In this document: piece by piece, positions 21,393-31,327 of the stretch
Layout of the letters: every line of letters starts with the position of its first letter
How positions within the stretch are numbered: position 1 is the stretch's first letter
Origin: an uncultured Candidatus Rokubacteria bacterium
Lineage (GTDB): Bacteria > Methylomirabilota > Methylomirabilia > Rokubacteriales > CSP1-6
Direction of reading: 5' to 3'
DNA length: 64,000 nucleotides
NCBI GenBank assembly: GCA_963747235.1
Contig: CAVVEU010000029.1
Coordinates: forward strand, 64,001 to 128,000
The notes under the pieces: model-generated
Told to the model about the DNA's origin: nothing
Databases searched by the model: none
The model's input: the letters and a program-made list of their open reading frames with translations, nothing else
Translations under genes and position numbers: made by a program

Positions 21393-21786
21393 CTACCCTC
21401 CCCCGGCACCGTAGGCCCGCCAGGCAAATGACGCGATCGTGACCCGATAGCTCGCCGCCTTCGCGGGAGCCTTGATCTCGAAATAGGACCGGTTCGACGG
21501 GGGCACGTCGCCGAGGACGTAGCCGGTGGTCGAGCCGACCACCTGGCCCGAGCCGTCGAGCGCTTCCACGAGGAGCCGCACGCTCACCGCGTAGCTGCCC
21601 GCCCGCTGGTTGTAGACGTAGCCGCTCACCACCGGACGGCCGCGGCGATCCTCCGAGCCGGTCCACTCGACGCGCAGATCGCCGTCGACCCATCGCGTCT
21701 GCACCTGCGCGCGCGCCGCGCCCGCGCCCAGGAATCAGCAGCGCCGCCAGGACCGCCGTGCTCGTGCCTCGCGCGAGTCTTCGCAT
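21393..21786 (-). CDS. Small secreted FxLYD-like protein (indel near 21725)
   Basis: Signal peptide; RVEW...VSGYVYN...VRLLVEALDGSGQVV...GDVPPSNRSYFE. Confidence 0.6.
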
Positions 21787-21865
21787 GGTGGCCTGCCATT
21801 GTCGCCGCGGGAGCCAGCGCGCCACCCGCGAATTCCTGCCGCGGGCCTTTGCTATCATAGCGGCC

Positions 21866-22083
21866 ATGACGCGCGAGTCCGCCCGCGCCCGCCGGGTCTT
21901 CCAGACGCTGATCCTCGTCGTGGCGATGGCGGTGGCGTTCCTGGGCGGGATGCTGGTGGAGCGGCTGCAGTTCCACGCCGAACGGGATGCGATGCTGCGA
22001 CGGTACGATCAGGCGCTCCGCGAGCACCGGGCCCGCGTGATGGAGGCGGAGAAGCGGGGGAAGAAATTACCCGGAAGCCCTAG
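21866..22083 (+). CDS. Small single-TM hypothetical protein
   Basis: MTRESARARRVFQTLILVVAMAVAFLGGMLVER + helical tail; TATCAT 7 nt before the ATG; probable indel near the end. Confidence 0.55.
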
Positions 22084-22458
22084 CCGGCCACCAGGCGGGC
22101 CGCCCCGATGCCCAGCAGGCACGCCGCGAAGCACAGCGCGGTGGTGAGCGCGACGTAGAGCAGCCGCCGCTCCCCACGAGCCGGCGGCGGCCAGCCGCAG
22201 CGACTCGTAGGCGAACGCCGAGTAGGTGGTGAAGCCGCCCAGGACTCCGACCGCCAGTACCACCCGCGCGTTCTCCGGGAGCACCGCCGAGCCGAAGGCC
22301 AGCTCCTGGACCAGGCCGATGCAGAACGACCCGACCACGTTGACGAGCAGGGTGCCGTGGGGAAATCGCCGCCGAGCCAGCGGAGTGGCGAGGCCGCCCA
22401 GGAGATAGCGGGCCCCGGTTCCCACCGCGCCGCCCAGGCAGACGAGGGCGAAGTGCAC
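22080..22458 (-). CDS. crcB: Fluoride channel Fluc/CrcB (indels)
   Basis: GGAVGTGARY, FPHGTLLVNVVGSF, GVLGGFTTYSAF. Confidence 0.88.
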
Positions 22459-22466
22459 GCGCGCGA

Positions 22467-23881
22467 TCAGTCGACGGGCGGCCGGCGGTCCGCCCAGGGC
22501 TGCGCGGCCTCGAAGGCGGCGGACGCGGCCAGGACGGTGTGATCGGCGTGGCGGCGCCCGACGATCTGCAGCCCCACCGGCAGCCCCGCGCTCGTGAAGC
22601 CGACCGGGACGGTGGCGGCGGGCTGGCCGGTGAGGTTGAACGGGAAGCAGAACGGCGTCCAGCCGAGTGGCGAGGACGGCTGGCCGTTGACCTCGTTGAG
22701 CCCGGGCTTGCCGACCTCGAACGCGGGCACCGCCACCGTGGGCGTGATCAGCAGATCGAAGCGCGCGAGGAACCGCTGCACCTCCGTCCAGAACTCCCCG
22801 CGGCGCGCGCATCGCGCGGAGGTATTGCGCGGCGGTGACGCCGGCGCCGAAGCGCAGCAGGGCCCGGAGCGAGCGGTCCATCTGCTCGCCGTCGGCCTCG
22901 AGCCGGTCGCCCCACGCGCTCCACGTCTCGGCGCCGACGGTGACGCGGAAGGTCTCCTCGGGATCCTCCCAGGAGGGGGACACGACTTCCACGTGCCCGC
23001 CGAAGCTCTCGAAGCGCTCGGCCGCCGCCGCGCACAGATCGGCCACCTCCGGATCCACGCGCGCGTAGCCGAGATCGGGCGACCAGGCCACGCTGAGCCC
23101 CGCGATGTCGCCCTCGCAGGCGGCCAGGAACGCGTGCGGGGCGGCGGGGAGCGAGTGGCGGTCGCGATCGTCGGGGCCCGCGATCGCGTCCAGCATGAGG
23201 GCCGCGTCGCGGACGGTGCGGGTCAGCGGCCCGGTGTGGGAGAGCGTCTCCCAGCCGCGGAAAGCCCGGATTCTGTGGCACGCGGCCGAAGGACGGCTTG
23301 AGCCCGTAGATCCCGCAGAACGACGCGGGGATCCGGATGGAGCCGCCGCCGTCGGTGCCCACCGCGAGGGGGCCGAGGCCCGCGGCCACCGCCGCCCCCG
23401 CGCCGCCGCTCGAGCCGCCCGGCGTGAGCGCCGGGTTCCAGGGATTGCGGGTGATCCCGAAGAGCGGGCTCTCCGTCACCGCCTTGTGGCCGAACTCGGG
23501 CGTCGTGGTCTTGCCGATGATGATGGCGCCCGCGCCCTTCAAGCGCTCCACCGAGACCGCGTCCTCCTCGGGCACATGATCGATGAAGAGCCGCGAGCCG
23601 CCGGTGGTGGGCACACGCCGCGTGAAGAGCAGGTCCTTGATGGATACCGGCACGCCGTGCAGCGGGCCGAGCTCCTCGCCGGTCATCACCGTGACCTCGG
23701 CGGCGACCGCGGCGTCGCGCGCTTCCTCCGCGGTCACCGCGGCGAAGCAGTTGAGCGTGGGATTGAGGCGCTCGACACGCGCCAGCACCGCGTCCACCAC
23801 CTCGACGGGCGAGACCTTCTTGGCCCGGATGAGCGCGGCCAGCTCGGTGGCCGGGATCCATCCGAGATCGGGCGTCGCCAT
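22467..23881 (-). CDS. Amidase signature family enzyme (indels near 22810 and 23265)
   Basis: GPLHGVPVSIKD, GGSSGG, GTDGGGSIRIPAS, PFNLTGQPA. Confidence 0.92.
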
Positions 23882-24294
23882 CAGGTCCCGGGGTTCACGC
23901 GAGCCAGGGTGTAGTCCACGTGGGTCGCGCCTGAGCCCTCGATGACGGTCAGCCGGCAGAGGTCGTCACCCTTGAAGAACTCGGCCCAGATCCCGGGGAA
24001 CTTCTCCGCGTTGACGAAGCGCTCGCTCCGGGCCTCCTGCCAGCCCGCGTTGGCCAGCAGGGCTCGCGCGGTGGCCAGCGTCGTCTCCACGTCGCTCGTC
24101 GTGAAGTAGATGAGGCGGGCCGCCGTGACCTTCTGGGTTCGGATGATGGCCCAGTCGTCGGAGTACGGGGTCCACTCGGCGGGCACCGGCACGTCCGGGA
24201 ACGGCTGGATCGGCATGGGCACCACGACCGGTGCGCACGCGCCGAGCCACAGCGCGATCCCCATCACGATCGGCCGGACCTTCACGCGCCGCAT
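23881..24294 (-). CDS. Hypothetical lipoprotein
   Basis: Lipobox LGAC after a hydrophobic stretch; start ATG 24294 or GTG 24285. Confidence 0.6.
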   Translation of the reverse strand: MRRVKVRPIVMGIALWLGACAPVVVPMPIQPFPDVPVPAEWTPYSDDWAIIRTQKVTAARLIYFTTSDVETTLATARALLANAGWQEARSERFVNAEKFPGIWAEFFKGDDLCRLTVIEGSGATHVDYTLARVNPGT

Positions 24295-24356
24295 TGTATC
24301 CGCAGGTCCGCGGTCCGGCAACCGCGGCGCGCGGCGGTGCTAGAGTAGCGGTCATA

Positions 24357-25702
24357 TTGGACCGCGCCACGCTGCCCCGCCTGCGCGCCTGGCTCGCGCG
24401 CCCCGACATCGTCGCCCTCGACCCCGAAGGCGTCGAGCGGCTCGTGGCCGCGCTCGACGATCCGGACCCGCCGGTCGCGGCGGGCCGCACCGGCTCGCTG
24501 ATCGCCTACGCGCCGGGGCGCGCGCGGCGCCGGCTGCTCCAGTTCGATCGCCGCGGGCATCTGATCGCCGCGTGCCGCTGGCGCGACGACGGGGAGCTCG
24601 GGTGGGCCAAGTGTCTCCTCCCCGACGGCCGCTGGCTCGGCATCGAGCCGGGCGCGGACACGCACCCGGCGTGGGGCGGCTCGGATCGGGTCTGGCTGAT
24701 GGCGTCCGACGCGCCGTGGACGACGCGTGAAGCCCTCACCCTCTTCCAGTCGCTCGACTACGCGCGCCCCGACTTCATCCCGCCGCTCTTCGAGCCGCGC
24801 CGGTTGCCGCCGGGGGGCGGCACCACCCTGCTCAACCTGATCGCGGGACTCATGAAGGACCATGGGGTCGCCACCGTGCGCTATCGCGGGCCCTACCCCA
24901 CCGAGCAGCTCTTCACCGCCCTGCTCGAGTGCTTTCGCTACGCGGCGGGCGAGGGGCTGCCGCTCGAGCGCTTCCTCGCCGATGGCGCGCTCGACTGGCA
25001 TCCCGCTCCGTTCGAGGCACAGCACGTGCGGCCCGGGGTGGTCGTGCAGCTCCGCCACGAGATCGAGAAGGTCACACCTCGCCGGCGCCGCCTTCTACCG
25101 CACCGACTGGCAGGACATCCGGCGGCGCGAGCCCCGCGTGGTCCGGAGCGACGGCGACCGGGTCATCTGCTCGCTGTGGGCCCTGGGCGGGCCGCTGGAG
25201 GACCGGCTGGTGCTCGATCCCGCCGGCGAGATCATCGAGTCGCCCGAGCCGGCGGTGGACACGGCGGCGCCGGCGCCGCTGCCCCCGATCTGGCGGGGGG
25301 CGCTCGCCGAGCTGATCGCGCGCGAGGGCGCGCCCGCGCTGGCGCCCGCCATCGCCGCGGTCACGGATGATCTCGAGCTGGAGTGGGGGCCGGTCCCGGG
25401 CGACCTCCTCCGCGCGCACGGCCAGCGGGTGCGCCTGAGCCGGCGGCTGCGCGAGGCCGGCGCGGCCGCGCGGGCCGGCGCCGCCTCCCCGCAGGAGCGC
25501 GCCGAACAGGCGCTGCGCTTCGTGCTCGAGGTCGCGCGCCTGCTCGGCCCCGAGGTGCGCCAGCGGGCCCAGGCCCGGCCTCGAAGCGCTCAGCGAAGAC
25601 GAGCAGCGCCGCGTGCTCGAGGAGGCGCCGGACGAGCTGCCGGAGGCCCTGGGCGAAGCGGTCGGGCGCCTGATCGCCCTGGTCATTCGGGGCGGCGGGT
25701 AG
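24357..25702 (+). CDS. Hypothetical protein, about 445 aa (indels near 25075 and 25575)
   Basis: Continuous coding-like frames (RRLLQFDRRG, YRGPYPTEQLFTALLECFRY, CSLWALG..LEDRL); no family recognised. Confidence 0.6.
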
Positions 25703-25774
25703 CGCGCCCCGATAGGGCCGGAACGAGACTTCGCGGCTCCGCGACGAGCGTCCGCGGAGCCGGAGCCCCGCGCC

Positions 25775-27029
25775 CTAAGACTTACCAGCACTCGAGAGCA
25801 GCCAGACGTTCAAAAGCACAAACCCGGCGATCGACACGAAGGAGAGCACGAAGTAGGTGAGGCAGATCGTCTCCTGCCGGGTGAGAGGGTGGCGCTACGC
25901 ACGCGTCGCCAGAGGGACTCGCGCACGAAGCGCACCGAGTCGTGGTTCAGCGTGGGCACCCCGACCATCTCGACCAGGATGTGGTAGCCGTCCATCTCCA
26001 GGAAGCAGAACGGGTAGAGGCTGATGAAGAACGACTGGATCTGGAGGATGGCGGAGGCCGCGATGAAGCCCTGGATCAGGCCGGGCTGGAGGAGGGTGGC
26101 GAGCCAGAAGCAGAAGCCGCCCAGGAAGAGGTGGAAGAGCGGCCCCGCCACCGCGTTGACGATCCGGGCCCGGCGGCTGGCCATGAAGATGTCGGTCACG
26201 TCGGCGTAGAAGGTCGGGATGAAGCCGTGCAGGATCGTGAAGCCGAACTCGCGCACGCGCCGCTTGTAGTGGATGCAGGCCAGCGCGTGGATGATCTGGT
26301 GGTTGATCACGGTGAGCCAGAACACGATCTTCACGAGCAGGATGGCGACGAGCGGGTGGCTGGCGAGCCCGTGCGTCACCTCGCTCAGGTTGTGCCAGAT
26401 CTTGATCCCGCTGTGGACACCGAGCCCCACCATGAGCACGAGCGCGGCGATGGCCCACGGGGAGAAGAGCAGGAAGCCGCCGTAGCGGTACATCCGCTCG
26501 AAGAACTGGTGCGAGCGCCGGCTCGTCACGGTCAGGCGCTCGAGCGCGTGGAGCGTGCCCTCCATCGCCCGGGCCGCGGGGTTGCGCCGGTTGCGGGCCA
26601 GCACCGCGCGCAGGCGCGAGACCGGCCGCATCGTCAGGAGGTCGGCCCGCAGCAACTTGACGATCAGGGTCGGGATGATCTCGAAATCGAAGGAGCCGTA
26701 CTGGAGCAGGTACGAGGTCGCGATCTCCTGGAGCGAGGCGTGGCCGTCCATCTGCGCCCACAGGAACTTCTCGGTCTCGCTGATCTGGATGATCTGCTCG
26801 GTGCGGCGGTTCTTGAGCGCGTAGGTGACGACGCCCTGGGGCGCGTAGGGCAGGCGCGCCATCTCCCAGTCCGCGTCCGGGATGCGCTGGGGCCGGCTGT
26901 GGAGGTAGGCGACCGCGCTGGAGATCTCCTCCGCGTCTCGAAGCCGGCGCCGTCCTGCTCGCGCACCAGCAGCTCGATGCGCGTGCGCTTCGGCCTGCCT
27001 TCCGCCGTCTTGTCGCTGGCCTCGCTCAC
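25775..27029 (-). CDS. RRE (PqqD-like) domain fused to an M50/site-2 protease-like membrane domain with HQxxH instead of HExxH (indels near 26935 and 25885)
   Basis: N-terminal RP...TYALKNRRTEQIIQISETEKFLWAQMDGHASLQEI (RRE pattern); NHQIIHALAC, VREFGF, FYADVTD, AVAGP, SLYPFCFLEMDGYHIL (M50 pattern). Confidence 0.8.
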
Positions 27030-27047
27030 GATCGAGGTCTCGGCCCG

Positions 27048-27548
27048 CTACTTGTGCTCGATGTCGAGGCCCGTCGCCTCCAGCCCCCAGCGCGTGACTT
27101 CGGCCACCAGGTCGGAGGCGTCGCGCAGCCGCTTGAAGGCGACCTGCGCCATCTGCTGGAAGAACTTGGCGGCCGCGAGCGGGCTGCCCGTCACGAAGCG
27201 GTTGAGGCTGTCGCGATCGAGGCTGTAGAGCATGGTGTCGATCTCGGCCTGGCAGGTGGCCGAGCGGCGCCGCTCGTCGCCGAAGACGCTCATCTCGCCG
27301 AAGACCTCGCCGGAGGCGAGCCGGGAGAGCACCTGCTCCACCCGGCCGGTGACCGGCTTGGAGACCACGATGCTGCCCTCCCGGATCAGGAACAGCTCCT
27401 CGCCCGGATCCCCCGCGCGGAACAGCACGTCGCCCTTCTTGAGACGCCGCTCACGGAAGCTGGGCCAGAGCGCGAGAAGGACCGGCTCTTCGACGTCCTT
27501 GAAGTACAGGACCCGACGCAGGAAGCCGATCTCGGGGAGGCTGGCCAC
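27048..27548 (-). CDS. Stand-alone cyclic nucleotide-binding domain protein
   Basis: KGDVLFRAGDPGEELFLIREG, GEVFGEMS, RRSATCQA; no CRP HTH. Confidence 0.9.
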   Translation of the reverse strand: MASLPEIGFLRRVLYFKDVEEPVLLALWPSFRERRLKKGDVLFRAGDPGEELFLIREGSIVVSKPVTGRVEQVLSRLASGEVFGEMSVFGDERRRSATCQAEIDTMLYSLDRDSLNRFVTGSPLAAAKFFQQMAQVAFKRLRDASDLVAEVTRWGLEATGLDIEHK

Positions 27549-27574
27549 TCAGCGGCGTCCCGTGGGCACCCGCA

Positions 27575-27796
27575 TCACGTGGCCCAGCGCTTGAGCATGA
27601 CGTTCTGGAGCGCGCGCGCCCGGTCCAGGTCGGAGACGTTGGACGTGCTGCCCAGAGCGTGCATGATGGCGGCCAGCTCCTCCGGGGTCAGATCGAACGT
27701 AGCCAGCACCCGCGCCGGCTCGCGCACGAGCTCGGCGAGGAACTCCTTGTCGATCATCACCTGTCCGACCAGGTCCTGGATACCCTTGCTGGCCAC
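27575..27796 (-). CDS. NHLP-clan (Os1348/Franean1_4349-like) small peptide, 73 aa
   Basis: SD GAGG + GTG; MASKGIQDLVGQVMIDKEFLAELVREPARVLATFDLTPEELAAI matches the D.EF...L...P...L..(Y/F)DLT.EE leader pattern. Confidence 0.7.
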   Translation of the reverse strand: MASKGIQDLVGQVMIDKEFLAELVREPARVLATFDLTPEELAAIMHALGSTSNVSDLDRARALQNVMLKRWAT

Positions 27797-27960
27797 ACCC
27801 CGACCTCGACTTTTCCGGCCACGCATTTCACGGCTAGGAGGCTCAATTTAGCATACATGGCGCGGTTTTAATACGTCTGTTCCGGAACTCGTCCCGCCTG
27901 GCGTCGATGGGGTTGAGCCGGGAAGCCGGTCGGGCCCCGTCGACGCCACCGCTCGAGGTC

Positions 27961-27984
27961 AACGCCCGGCCGGATTCGTTCGTC
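27961..27984 (+). promoter_or_regulatory. Candidate ECF-type autoregulated promoter
   Basis: AAC-N17-CGTC just upstream of the ECF sigma gene. Confidence 0.4.
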
Positions 27985-28023
27985 TGGACTGATGAGAAGA
28001 GGCGAGACGCCCGTCAGAGGGAC

Positions 28024-28536
28024 GTGGAGCCCGCCCCCCGGCAGGATCTGGTGGTCACCGCCCACTACGGGCGGCTGCAGCGCCTGTGTCGCCTCCTCCT
28101 GGGCGACCCGCAGGAGGCCGACGACGTGGTACAGGAAGTCTTTCTGAAAGCACACGAGGCCGAGCGGCTCGGGCAAGTCCCGGCGAGCTGGGCCGCCTGG
28201 CTCACCCGGGTCGCGGTCAACGGCTGTCGCGACCGCCATCGGGCCGGCGGCTGGATGCGCTTCCGTCTCCGCGGGGTCCGCCTCGACGAGGTGCCCCTGG
28301 TGGCGCTGACCCCCGCGCCCAGCGACGTCGCGATCGGCGCGGACACGCGGCGGCGGATCTGGACCGCCTTCCGCGCGCTGCCGCGGCGCCAGCAGGAGGT
28401 CTTCGCGCTCCGCCACATCGAGGAGCAGCCCACGCTCGCGGTGGCGGCGGCCCTCGGGGTGAGCCCGGGCAGCGTGAAGCGCCATCTCTTCCGCGCGGTG
28501 CGCGCGCTGCGGCTGCGCCTGAGAGACGCCCGGTGA
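28024..28536 (+). CDS. ECF RNA polymerase sigma factor (start uncertain, 27907-28024)
   Basis: EADDVVQEVFLKA, WLTRVAVNGCRD, LPRRQQEVFALR, LGVSPGSVKRHLFRA. Confidence 0.9.
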   Translation: MEPAPRQDLVVTAHYGRLQRLCRLLLGDPQEADDVVQEVFLKAHEAERLGQVPASWAAWLTRVAVNGCRDRHRAGGWMRFRLRGVRLDEVPLVALTPAPSDVAIGADTRRRIWTAFRALPRRQQEVFALRHIEEQPTLAVAAALGVSPGSVKRHLFRAVRALRLRLRDAR

Positions 28537-28995
28537 GCCGCTGCCTCTCCGACGACGCGCTGGAGCGCCACGAGGCGGAGCTCACCTCGGTGGCCGAGCG
28601 GGCGCATCTGGCCGGCTGCGCAGCGTGCGCGGGCCGGCACCGGCGGATGCGCGAGGAGCTGGCTCTGATCACCGGAGTGCTGCGCGACACGCCCGAGCCC
28701 CGGCCTCGCCTGGCCCCGGTCCGGCGGCGGCGCTGGATGCCCGCCACCGTTGCGCTCGCCGCCGTCGCGTCGGCGCTGCTGATCTGGGTCGAGGTCGCGG
28801 TGTGGCGGGCGGTGACGCCGGTGCCGCCCACCATGCAGCCGCACGAGGTGGCCTCGATCCTCGCCGACGTTTCCGCCGCGCTGTTCTCGGTGAGCGGCGA
28901 TCCGTCCGCCGGACGCGCGGGGAGGATCCGCGGCGCGCAGTCTCGAGGTGATGGCGCGGGAGCTCGACCACGCGCTCACCGGGGGAGAGCCATGA
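28533..28995 (+). CDS. Zinc-finger (zf-HC2) transmembrane anti-sigma factor (indels)
   Basis: C..D...HLAGCAAC motif, one TM helix; overlaps the sigma stop codon. Confidence 0.75.
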
Positions 28996-29496
28996 AGAAG
29001 ACCCTGACGACGCGAACGCTGCTCGCCGCCGCGCTCCTGATCGCCTCGATCACGACCGCGGTCCTCGCCCAGTCCCCTCCGTCCGGCCCCGGCGCCCCGT
29101 TCGGGGGCATGCGGAGGCCATGGGCCGCGCGGACGGCGGCTGTGGCTGATGATCCGCGCGGCCACCCTCACGCCGGCAGCAGGCGAAGGTGCACGGGATC
29201 CTGTCCACGCACCGCGCGGCGCACGCGCCCGCTCGTCGAGCAGCTCCGCCAGGCCCAGCAGGAGCTGGGCGCCAAGCTGCTGGCGCCCGGGCCGCTCCAG
29301 CCCGCCGACCTGCACCCGCAGCTCGGGCGCATCGGCCAGCTCCGCGACCAGCTCGCGCAGGACGGCGCGCAGGCCGCCCTCGAGGTCCGCGCCGTGCTCA
29401 CGCCCGAGCAGCTCGCGCGAGCCGCCCAGGCCAAGGAGCGCCTGACCCAGCTCCGCGAGGAGATGCGCCAGCTCATCGCAGCCGCCCCGCCCCTAG
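28992..29496 (+). CDS. Spy/CpxP-family periplasmic protein (indels)
   Basis: Signal peptide, Gly/Pro/Met linker, LTP..Q near the N-terminus, VRAVLTPEQ motif. Confidence 0.75.
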
Positions 29497-29497
29497 C

Positions 29498-29782
29498 ATG
29501 AAGCGCCTGCTCGTCACCCTGCTGCTGCTCGCGCCCGTCGCGCTGCCCGGGCTCGCCCACGCGAGCCCGCCTGATCCCACCTGGATCCAGGGCATCTACG
29601 ACGATGACGACGGCGACTCCATCGTCACGCTGATCGCCTCCGGGGACCGGCCACGCGCCGGAGGCCGCGCCGACCGGGCTCCCGCTCTTCGCTCCGGCTC
29701 ATCGCCCGCCTGACCCCGAGCCCGAGCGACCCCGCTCCAGGTCTGGCCTCCGCCGGCCCCGTCTCGCGCCCCCGCCCGCTAG
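29498..29782 (+). CDS. Small exported protein with acidic motif and RAP(P)-like C-terminus (indels)
   Basis: MKRLLVTLLLLAPVALPGLAHA-SPPDPTWIQGIYDDDDGDSIV...; ends ...SRAPAR* as written. Confidence 0.5.
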
Positions 29783-29845
29783 CCCCCGCACCGCTTCGAT
29801 CGGTCGTCTCGGATCACCCCACACCCAAACGGAGGAGGACTGTCT

Positions 29846-30300
29846 ATGTTCCGGATCTTCAAGGTGATGCTCGCGAGCTTTGCGGTGGCCGCGCTCGGCG
29901 TGGCGGACTCGACGCGCACGTGGCGCGCGCCGACTGGAGCGACGACTGGCTGGACTGGGACGAGGCGCGGCCGGTGATCACGTCCATCGCCCCAGGACGA
30001 GAGCGCGCCTCGCCGACCATTTCTTCCACGTCGAGTGGACCGCCGGCCCGGGCGCGAGCGGGTCGCGCCCGGATCACCGGCTACGTCTACAACGACTACG
30101 GGGATGCCGCGGTCAACGTCGCGCTGCGCATCCATGCAGATCGACGCGAGTGGGACGAGGTCGCCACGTGGTCGCGCCGATCGGCGAGACCGTCCCGGCC
30201 CACGGTCGCACCTACTTCGACGTCGCGGTCCCCGACAGCCGGTTCTACCGGTGGACGTGGCGTCGTTCGATTTCGTCGAGCTCCCCGGCTGCGCACCGAA
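29846..30300 (+). CDS. Second FxLYD-like secreted protein (many indels; end approximate)
   Basis: SD GGAGGAGG; fragments FHVEW, ITGYVYNDYG, VPAHGRTYFDV, VASFDF, similar to 21393-21786. Confidence 0.55.
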
Positions 30301-30362
30301 CCCATCGGGCGCGAAGGCCGCGGCGGCACGGGGCTGCCGCGGCCGCGCAGGAGGCCCAACCC

Positions 30363-31264
30363 ATGCTCGATTCGAGAAGTGATCTCTGGGCGGTCGTCCT
30401 CGCCGGCGGCGAAGGCGATTGGCTGCAATCCTGACCGCGAGCTGTACGGAGCGGCGCGGCCGAAGCAGTACTGCGCGCTCGCCGGACCGAAGACCCTGCT
30501 GCGCACCACGCTCGATCGGGTGGCTCGGCTGATCCCGCCGTCGCGGACCGTCGCCGTGACCCAGGCGAGCCACGCGGCTACGTCGCCGAGGAGCTCACCG
30601 GCCACCCCGCGATCACGGTGCTCGGCCAGCCGTGCGACCGGGGCACCGCGGCGGCGTGCTGCTGGCCGCGCACTGGATCCGGACCCGGCGCCCGACGCCG
30701 TGGTCACCGTGTTCCCGACCGACCACTTCATCGTGGAGGAGTCGGTCTTCGTGGACCACGTCGCCGCGGCCGGCGCGTATGTCGGGGATCACCGCGAATG
30801 GCTCCTGCTGCTCGGCGTGCATCCATCCGCACCTCGCCCGACTACGGCTGGATCGAGCCCGGCGAGCGAGTGGGCTGGACGGCCACGGCGCGATCCATCG
30901 CGTTCGCGCGTTCCACGAGAAGCCGCCCGCGGAGCTCGCGCGCCGGCTGCAGGAGGCGCGCCCTGTGGAACACCTTCGTCTTCACCGCCACCGTGACCGC
31001 CCTCGTCGACGACGGGCCTCGCGTGCCTGCCGTTGCTCCACGACCGGCTCACCCGCCTCGACCTGTTCACCGGCACGCGGTACGAGGCCATGGGCCCTCC
31101 AGCAGGCCTACCGGTTCGCGCCCACCGCGGACTTCTCCCGCGCGGTGCTCGCGTCGTCCGCGATCCCGCTGGCCGTCGTGGAGATCCCGGCGGTGACCTG
31201 GTGGGACCTGGGCACGCCCGAGCGGGTGACCCGCAGCGTCGGGATGGGGGGTCGACGCGAATGA
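30363..31264 (+). pseudogene. Mannose-1-phosphate guanylyltransferase-like sugar nucleotidyltransferase, heavily frameshifted (pseudogene or sequencing error)
   Basis: WAVVLAGGEG, RPKQYC, QPCDRGTA, FPTDHF, DYGWIEPG, FHEKP, LWNTFVF, WWDLGTPER across many frames. Confidence 0.75.
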
Positions 31265-31327
31265 TGCGCCCGGCCCCCTCGTCGAAATATGCTACAAGCG
31301 AAGCCACCAAAGGAGGAGGAACGCGGC

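Noticed and set aside
22459-22470. Fluoride riboswitch before crcB
   Set aside because: crcB starts 8 nt after the amidase stop, leaving no room, and no motif is present.
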